32,000 nt of DNA from Nostoc punctiforme PCC 73102 (GTDB taxonomy: Bacteria > Cyanobacteriota > Cyanobacteriia > Cyanobacteriales > Nostocaceae). The notes below the pieces were generated by a model. The model was not told where the DNA came from. It made no database searches and was given only the letters and a program-made list of their open reading frames with translations. Positions 27,501-32,000 of this stretch are shown piece after piece (within the stretch, counting starts at the first letter, position 1; every line of letters starts with the position of its first letter). The DNA is taken from assembly GCF_000020025.1 (NCBI RefSeq), contig NC_010628.1:1290001-1322000 (forward strand), written 5' to 3'. Position numbers and translations under genes: made by a program.

Positions 27501-28137
27501 CAATATTTAGTTGTAAATCTTGTGTTTCGAAATTAGCCTCAATAGGCATAGATTCATCTGATATTAATAAGTTATCTTTATTAAGATTAATATTAGTTTT
27601 ATCAACAATTGGCTCAAAGTTTTTAGGACTAGATGATTTGATAGCTTTTTTAGTTCTAGATTTTGACTTTGGTTCTTTTTCTAGTGGTTTCTTAGATTTA
27701 TTTGTTTTTTTTGGCTTAGATTTAGTTTTTATATTTACTTCTTGGGATGTGCCATTACTCGTATTTGTCTCGTTGGGAGTTGGCATTATCTTTGGAATAC
27801 TATTTTTTACTGATTCATTGCTATTTTCTAGTTCAGCTATTGAATCAGAAGCATCAAACTCAATCAACGGAAATTCGCCAAATTCACTATTTATATCCTG
27901 AGTATCCCAACTATCCCAACCTATTAATGGTTCAATCGATGGTTCATACTGACGAGACAAGAAAAATTTAGAGGATTTGACTAATGGTGGTTTAGTTTGG
28001 ATTGTACTAATAAAATTACTTCGTGAATGCAAAGAATGAGATTCTTTTCTCAATATTATTCCCTGAGAATTATATAAAGATGATATAACCCCAAGGGGAT
28101 GAATATTGTTTCCTAGTGAAGATTGAATAATTTGCAT
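24535..28137 (-). CDS. Tape-measure-like protein, 1200 aa, mostly low-complexity
   Basis: ATG at 28137. Located between the tube and tube-initiator genes, the usual tape-measure position in CIS loci. Two copies of a G(Y/F)A(T/N)GG.VT motif; the first is followed by VPAMLTPGEFVIN (lambda-H-type tape-measure C-terminal motif). The sequence is S/T/E/N/P-rich. Confidence 0.6.
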   Translation of the reverse strand: MQIIQSSLGNNIHPLGVISSLYNSQGIILRKESHSLHSRSNFISTIQTKPPLVKSSKFFLSRQYEPSIEPLIGWDSWDTQDINSEFGEFPLIEFDASDSIAELENSNESVKNSIPKIMPTPNETNTSNGTSQEVNIKTKSKPKKTNKSKKPLEKEPKSKSRTKKAIKSSSPKNFEPIVDKTNINLNKDNLLISDESMPIEANFETQDLQLNIVLDTTTKDRSSVSTPTVDTSPSFQDKSTLFDNFATDASDELSETSELISSFSSKDLSLTENTLTSEENIELEDETSELVNTSSIEVPSKKNTEKIFIGDSNFTNSEEELIPEVSESLNLSGIPVSQTPPQQDIQTVQVPSIVDNKSSVSRTNLIKGNLIQAKEILPTLNSLLQEEESPNINTKLEEITAIEADLISEKSKNNFVTDNAVSDSEKNTNNFVTNNAISDNYLTLSSAPTSSEVDDSPTLLHALENDENTVETHFTSPNTESSVAKNPITVQQEIDPDFSHNVKKATQNLTPHPPLLPDNRENLKPLSFQEKGFTDTVKSQEIDSSVTSEFPDITPVQLTPTSAAIEHTPSLFSNPDSDEQLVTSESQSAMVLNVSDVSGNVTSLQRDSNVQNLSSEFTESQPILAAPEITEAPTISATSPEIAETPTVSATSPEIDEALVVSTNSPEITETPTISATSPEIDEALVVSTNSPEIAETPTVTAISPEIDEALVVSTNSPEITETPTVTATSPEIDEALVVSTNSPKITETPTISATSPEIDEALVVSTNSPEITETPTVTATSPEIDEALVVSTTSPEIDEALVVSTNSPEITETPTVTATSPEIDEALVVSATSPEIVEKTSIFREIIDNEQAVESENPEISTFAYTWDNPDILDNPTSLQDEVSTAPKVEQNAIAENLPAPKGYATGGHVTDSRVENREQIAPSDTVPAMLTPGEFVINTRDAQKNLPLLHHINTGGTPQDIILPSLQTPNPIEPEATISPETPTKVDSFPDTALQLKSAETDSPEISNSLIPSSLGLNINKQKLSILNSPQLHTLQNETIDVGESSPQYSSPPLIFRKANPSTHTPSQWSDTPSQWSSVEDLLNGNNDEFSSFNFNDEESNSQNYEFSHVSESPQVFAKHLPSPRGFANGGEVTPPDISREIQPITETIESASSSSPGDEKDDTADLEALAREIYHRLRQRIEIERERHGGYSGRLPW
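25627..26268 (-). repeat. In-frame 39-bp tandem array (~16-17 units; alternating 13-aa units SPEIDEALVVSTN / SPEITETPTV(T/S)AT)
   Basis: Near-identical 39/78-nt periodicity is visible on both strands. The plus-strand 212-aa ORF 25640-26278 is its antisense shadow. Confidence 0.9.
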
Positions 28138-28160
28138 AGTGATAGTTTAAGAGTAGCCAA

Positions 28161-28685
28161 TTAGCTAGAAACGAAATATCCTGATTTTTGATTTCGTTGT
28201 ACAGAAGAGCCTCCTCCTGTAGACCTTGCGACTTGTAAACCTTCATAAGCTAAAGTTAATTCTTCAATCGCAACTGCCTTCCCATCTGCTTGGAGTGCAG
28301 GAGTTTTCCAGGTTATAGGAATAGCACCAATCAAAGTCCAACTCATCATCGTTTCACCGGCTTGATTAAAAATCAGAATATTGACATTGCGTCGAGATGT
28401 TTTCTTTTTTTCATCAAAAACTGCATTCATCCAGTTCCAAAAACCTGGATGATCGGTAAATCCTCGTTTAAGAGTTATGTCTGCAAATTCTGTATGACCT
28501 AAATAAATTCTTTGCTGGTCGTTAACACCACCTTCCTGAAAAACATTTTTCTTAATTTGAACACTTAATCCTGAACATTCAGCGAAAGATGCAGCAATAG
28601 AACTGTCTATCTCTACGTAAAACCGATTAGTAGTGACATAATTTAATTCGTGAGTAATGTTGCCATTGTTAGCGCCTGTAGCCAT
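28161..28685 (-). CDS. Tail tube protein (T4 gp19 / Afp1-like)
   Basis: ATG at 28685 overlaps the upstream stop (TAATG); the track uses GTG at 28694. NRFYVEIDSSIAASFAECSGLSVQ...GHTEFADITLKRGF...FWNWMN is the conserved phage-tail-region/tube signature. Confidence 0.9.
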   Translation of the reverse strand: MATGANNGNITHELNYVTTNRFYVEIDSSIAASFAECSGLSVQIKKNVFQEGGVNDQQRIYLGHTEFADITLKRGFTDHPGFWNWMNAVFDEKKKTSRRNVNILIFNQAGETMMSWTLIGAIPITWKTPALQADGKAVAIEELTLAYEGLQVARSTGGGSSVQRNQKSGYFVSS

Positions 28686-28924
28686 TACAACCACCTTTGA
28701 GAATCATAACTACCTATTCTTTCGCGCTGCGATCGCAAATCTTCTAGCATAAGTTTATATACGTGTTCTGTAAGCTGGTTCATCAGCCGTGAATCGTTGA
28801 GATATTTACTTGCCGTTTTAGCCGCCTTAGTAGCATCAGATGCCGCCGAAACCCCGGCGTATCCAGCAGTACCGCCAACATCTCCATCGAACGTGAAAAA
28901 AGTTTGTTGCTGTTTTGAGTCCAT
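28685..28924 (-). CDS. First gene of the tail operon: 79-aa protein sharing a C-terminal motif with the tape-measure-like protein
   Basis: ATG at 28924 with GGGAGAG upstream. The C-terminus LTEHVYKLMLEDLRSQRERIGSY parallels LAREIYHRLRQRIEIERERHGGY at the tape-measure C-terminus. Translationally coupled to the tube gene. Confidence 0.5.
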   Translation of the reverse strand: MDSKQQQTFFTFDGDVGGTAGYAGVSAASDATKAAKTASKYLNDSRLMNQLTEHVYKLMLEDLRSQRERIGSYDSQRWL

Positions 28925-29115
28925 AAATAAAAAAACTCTCCCTAAATCCAGGCTAAAGGTACTGCATCAGAATCAAAAGTAGCCAAAAGTCGAACTTAGT
29001 TTTTGCCTGGATTTTGACTTTTGAGTAGTTGTGTTACTAGTGCGATCGCTGTAATATCCATGTAAGTAACAGCGTACTATTCATCTACCTACAGCTTGGG
29101 CATCTGGAGAAGAAA
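28925..29115. promoter_or_regulatory. Divergent control region between the tail operon and the DUF4157 gene, with interleaved inverted repeats
   Basis: IR-A is aaatccaggc (28944-28953) / gcctggattt (29005-29014). IR-B is caaaagtc (28984-28991) / gacttttg (29016-29023). Both are perfect, and their arms interleave. Confidence 0.5.
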
Positions 29116-31395
29116 ATGAGAGAACACATCAGCCGGCAGAAAAAAACTACTACAGGCTTCTCAATTCCATCCCTAAAACACCCGACACCCGGCTTTGGTT
29201 TGGAGTCGTCGGCAATTTCACGCCAAGCGGTTCCTGAAATACAACCACTCCATCAACCAGTTACTCACGATATCAGTCGCATACCACTGCGTAGTCCTCA
29301 AGCAAAACTCTCAATTAGCCAGCCTGGAGACATTTACGAACAGGAAGCTGATAGCGTCGCACAGCAGGTAATGCAAAGAATGGCGCAGCCTGTAAATCGT
29401 CAGCCTATCCAACGAGAAATATTGTCAGAGGAAGAAGAATTGCAGATGAAACCTCTGGCAAGTTCCATCACGCCTTTGGTGCAACGAGAAGCATTGCTAG
29501 AGGATGAGGAAGAAGAATTACAGATGAAACCTGTGGACAATAGCACATTGCAACGAGAAGCATTGCCAGAGGATGAGGAAGAATTACAGATGAAATCCCT
29601 CGACAGTAGCACGCTGCAACGAGAAGCATTGCCAGAGGATGAGGAAGAATTGCAGATGAAACCGATGGTGCAGCGTCAGGCTGAGGCTGGAATGGCTGCT
29701 GCACCTGACTTGGAAGCGTCCATTAGCCAAGCAAGGGGTGGTGGACAGGCGATCGCAGACAACATCCGCGAACCGATGGAACAGGCGTTTGGCGCAGATT
29801 TCAGTGGGGTGAAGGTTCACACGGATGGTAAATCTGACCAGTTAAATCAGTCAATTCAGGCGCGGGCTTTCACAACGGGACAAGATGTGTTCTTTCGCCA
29901 GGGGGAATATAATCCTGGGAGTCGAGGGGGTCAGGAGTTGTTGGCGCATGAGTTGACCCATGTAGTGCAGCAGAACAATAACACTGTGAATCGGCAGTTA
30001 ATTCAAAGAGCTGTTGGATTTGAATTTGAATTTGGAGAATGGAAATCCTACAAAAATGATGACAAGAAAAGTCGATTAGCTAAAGGTGAAGAAATTATTT
30101 CGGGAACGGGATATAAAATTGAAGGAGAAGATACATACGATAGTAAAGTATCTGCTGTTGAAGTCGTCACAAAGCCATACACAACAAGAAAAGAAGCCTT
30201 AGAATCTGTCACCGAAGCTCAAGAAAAAATGCAGTCAATGTCAAAAGATGGAGAGGACATAGGACATCTGGCAAATAAGTATGGTGGTAAGGCAAGTGTT
30301 TTTATTGAGCCGCATGGAAAAGCTGGTAAAGTCCAAGCCTCAGCTGCTATTCCCCTTGATAAGCTTGCGAATTTGTATTCAATTCAAGCAGGTGGTGATG
30401 GGAAAGGTCTAGGAGCTTCAGTTACAACTAAACTACAAAATGAAGATTTAAAAAACAAGTACTTGGATGGTAAAGATGCCAGTCCTGAACTGATTGGTCT
30501 AGTGACACTTGTCTTAGATTATATCGAACAAGGATCGGGTAAAGGAAATCTCAGTTATCCAAAATCCACGTTCAAACTCATGGCAAGAACTTCATTTGAT
30601 AAAATGTTGACTCTTGTTCCAGAACACTCATTCTTTAGTAATAAGAGCAATATAGATAAATGGGCTGGTTTAGTATTGGAGATTGCCGCTAGTCTTGGGA
30701 TGAGCAAAAAACAAGAAGTAGTAGAGTCTAAAAAATCTGTAATGACAGATGTTGAGGTCAAAAAAGAACGGAAGTTTAAATGGATGACTCGAATATTTGG
30801 AAAGAGAAAAGTAACCGAAAAAGTCATGAAAGAGTTTATAATGAAACAACCAACTTTTGTGAAAAAAACCGCAGAAGAGTTAGCGGAAGAACCAATTATA
30901 AATCAAGTTCTTATGGGTATGGAATTATTGCCCGAAGACTCAGATAAAGATAAGCAATCTTACAAGCTAAAAATTAAACGAATTGAATGGCTTAAAGGGA
31001 TGCTAAAAGAAGATTTAATCAGTAAGGCAACAGATAAGCGTTTTGAGGGGATGGGATCATACGGAGTCTCAACAGATGTCCAGGTGATACCAGAAGACAT
31101 TGAAGTAGTAACAGAAAAAGCCGTCTCCAAAGCAGTGGATGAATTAGAGAATGAAGACGAAGCTCAGTCTAAATCGGTTTCTAAGGAAACAAAGGAAGCA
31201 CCTATTTTTGAGTTGCGTGGCATGAAGGATATGTTCGCTATTCAACAAGATATTAATCTAACTGATTGGACTGAGAAAGTAAAAGCAGTGTTTGAAGTGA
31301 TTGAAGAAGCGAATAAAGGAGAATCGTTTGCACCTGGCGGAAAACCGAATATTCCAAAGGATGTAGACAAGCCTGATATTTGGGAGAAAGTTTGA
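29116..31395 (+). CDS. DUF4157 (zincin-like HExxH) domain protein with acidic repeat leader and unknown ~460-aa C-terminal module; candidate CIS cargo/effector
   Basis: 759-aa ORF with ATG at 29116 after GGAGA. MEQAFGADFSGVKVHTDGKSDQLNQSIQARAFTTGQDVFF...ELLAHELTHVVQQ is the DUF4157 signature (HELTH at 29947-29961). Residues ~300-759 have no recognised family. Confidence 0.85.
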   Translation: MREHISRQKKTTTGFSIPSLKHPTPGFGLESSAISRQAVPEIQPLHQPVTHDISRIPLRSPQAKLSISQPGDIYEQEADSVAQQVMQRMAQPVNRQPIQREILSEEEELQMKPLASSITPLVQREALLEDEEEELQMKPVDNSTLQREALPEDEEELQMKSLDSSTLQREALPEDEEELQMKPMVQRQAEAGMAAAPDLEASISQARGGGQAIADNIREPMEQAFGADFSGVKVHTDGKSDQLNQSIQARAFTTGQDVFFRQGEYNPGSRGGQELLAHELTHVVQQNNNTVNRQLIQRAVGFEFEFGEWKSYKNDDKKSRLAKGEEIISGTGYKIEGEDTYDSKVSAVEVVTKPYTTRKEALESVTEAQEKMQSMSKDGEDIGHLANKYGGKASVFIEPHGKAGKVQASAAIPLDKLANLYSIQAGGDGKGLGASVTTKLQNEDLKNKYLDGKDASPELIGLVTLVLDYIEQGSGKGNLSYPKSTFKLMARTSFDKMLTLVPEHSFFSNKSNIDKWAGLVLEIAASLGMSKKQEVVESKKSVMTDVEVKKERKFKWMTRIFGKRKVTEKVMKEFIMKQPTFVKKTAEELAEEPIINQVLMGMELLPEDSDKDKQSYKLKIKRIEWLKGMLKEDLISKATDKRFEGMGSYGVSTDVQVIPEDIEVVTEKAVSKAVDELENEDEAQSKSVSKETKEAPIFELRGMKDMFAIQQDINLTDWTEKVKAVFEVIEEANKGESFAPGGKPNIPKDVDKPDIWEKV
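29410..29672 (+). repeat. In-frame tandem repeat (periods 72/69/66 nt; about four units, the last truncated) encoding QRE(A/I)L.E(D/E)EEELQMK(P/S)
   Basis: The unit caacgagaagcattgccagaggatgaggaagaattacagatgaaa starts at 29410, 29482, 29551 and 29617. Confidence 0.85.
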
Positions 31396-31410
31396 TCGTG
31401 GATCTTGTAG

Positions 31411-31531
31411 TGCGATCGCTCTCTCTATTCTCACTAAAAATGCGATTGCTGTTGTCGGTTGAGTGCGATCGCCTGTTGATGTTTTTGTGAATGCGATCAC
31501 TGCTATGACGATAAAATAAGAGTGCGATCGC
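31411..31531. repeat. Five HIP1-type cores (TGCGATYRC) spaced 23-31 nt apart in a 121-bp spacer
   Basis: tgcgatcgc at 31411, tgcgattgc at 31441, tgcgatcgc at 31464, tgcgatcac at 31492, tgcgatcgc at 31523. Several are followed by tgttg(tcg). Confidence 0.7.
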
Positions 31532-31541
31532 GATGTTGTCG

Positions 31542-31877
31542 TTAAAAAACTCCATAGCCCGTATATTCCCGCATTTCAGGAGATTGAAATCCAAGAACAA
31601 TATTATCTTTTGGAACCCCTCGCTCTACAAGTTCTTGAGCCACTCTCATTTCCGTCATATTCTGCTCAATCGAAATTTTTCCCTGTTTAATATCCAAATG
31701 TAAAACACAACCATAGACTCGCCGATGACCATCCCATCCCACATTGATAACCATGTAATGGTCTTGTTTTGTATCAAAAACAGTGTAACAATCAATCTGA
31801 CCATTGGCTATTGGGATAGCAGCATAAGCCGTCAACAACGACTGAATGATATGGCGATAAGATTCTAGGGTATCCAT
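31542..31877 (-). CDS. xisI: XisI-family protein
   Basis: 111-aa ORF. YRHIIQSLLTAYA...CYTVFDTKQDHYMVINVGWDGHRRVYGCVLHLDIKQGKI.IEQN.TE is the XisI signature. The start overlaps the upstream xisH-like stop. Confidence 0.9.
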   Translation of the reverse strand: MDTLESYRHIIQSLLTAYAAIPIANGQIDCYTVFDTKQDHYMVINVGWDGHRRVYGCVLHLDIKQGKISIEQNMTEMRVAQELVERGVPKDNIVLGFQSPEMREYTGYGVF

Positions 31878-32000
31878 TGTACAATTACCTCTTGAATTGG
31901 GTCATCAATAATTTGTTTAATCTGATATCTCTCTACAGATATTTGGGCAAATTCCCGCTTGAAAAAAGCTTCATAAACACCTATAGGCACTGCCAAATAG
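31865..32000 (-). CDS. xisH: XisH-family protein, C-terminal fragment (runs off the window)
   Basis: Minus-strand reading gives ...LAVPIGVYEAFFKREFAQISVERYQIKQIIDDPIQEVIVQWIP*. The ending EVIVQW matches XisH C-termini, and the position is the usual one immediately upstream of xisI. Confidence 0.65.
   Translation of the reverse strand, partial: YLAVPIGVYEAFFKREFAQISVERYQIKQIIDDPIQEVIVQWIP

Noticed and set aside
26636-27971. Several 60-136-aa plus-strand ORFs
   Set aside because: All are antisense to the low-complexity 1200-aa gene. The S/F/L-rich products are typical of shadow frames.
29060-29090. Possible NtcA site (GTA...TAC) upstream of the DUF4157 gene
   Set aside because: gtaagtaacagcgtac has a 10-nt rather than the canonical 8-nt spacer (GTA-N8-TAC), and no properly placed -10 box was evident.
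29400-29820. Three 70-78-aa minus-strand ORFs
   Set aside because: They are antisense shadows of the acidic tandem repeat inside the DUF4157 gene.
31411-31531. Possible CRISPR or iteron array
   Set aside because: The conserved core is only ~9 nt (a HIP1 variant), spacing is irregular (23-31 nt), and there are no cas genes. I kept it only as a low-interest repeat finding.
1-32000. rRNA, tRNA, tmRNA and riboswitch scan by eye of all spacers
   Set aside because: No cloverleaf-compatible segments, rRNA-like conserved blocks or recognisable riboswitch cores were seen. The pheT leader (10467-10744) shows only weak imperfect pairing.

Overview
The window looks like a Nostocales-type cyanobacterial chromosome segment. 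I infer this from frequent HIP1 octamers (GCGATCGC), 7-nt STRR-like arrays in intergenic spacers, xisH/xisI, a PatA-type regulator and a Tab2 homologue. Region 1-15.3 kb carries mostly core genes: an SDR epimerase, lhgO-like FAD oxidase, rfbF, pheT, a yciI-like gene and a Tab2-like gene. It also carries accessory modules: a vWA / PP2C / Ser-Thr-kinase triad (TerY-P-type architecture) bracketed by two AT-rich spacers, a divergent PatA-type + CheY-type response-regulator pair lacking other chemotaxis genes, an orphan VapB-like antitoxin, and a mazEF-type pair. Region 15.6-31.4 kb is a minus-strand phage-tail-like / contractile-injection-system (CIS)-type operon. In transcription order it encodes a 79-aa protein, a tube protein, a 1200-aa low-complexity tape-measure-like protein with a 39-bp in-frame tandem array, a tube initiator, a VgrG-like spike, PAAR, gp25-like, gpJ/gp6-like and gpI/Afp12-like proteins, and a 399-aa terminal protein with a DUF4159-like C-terminus. 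An opposite-strand YdhR-like gene interrupts the operon. A divergently transcribed DUF4157 (HExxH) protein with an uncharacterised ~460-aa C-terminal module faces it and is a probable cargo/effector. The most notable point is that no sheath, cap (DUF4255) or AAA+ ATPase gene is recognisable anywhere in the 32 kb, although every other tail/baseplate module is present. The locus is therefore either split or a reduced, atypical tail-like system. No rRNA, tRNA or CRISPR array was recognised. All functional calls rest on motif-level reading of the supplied translations; no searches were run.
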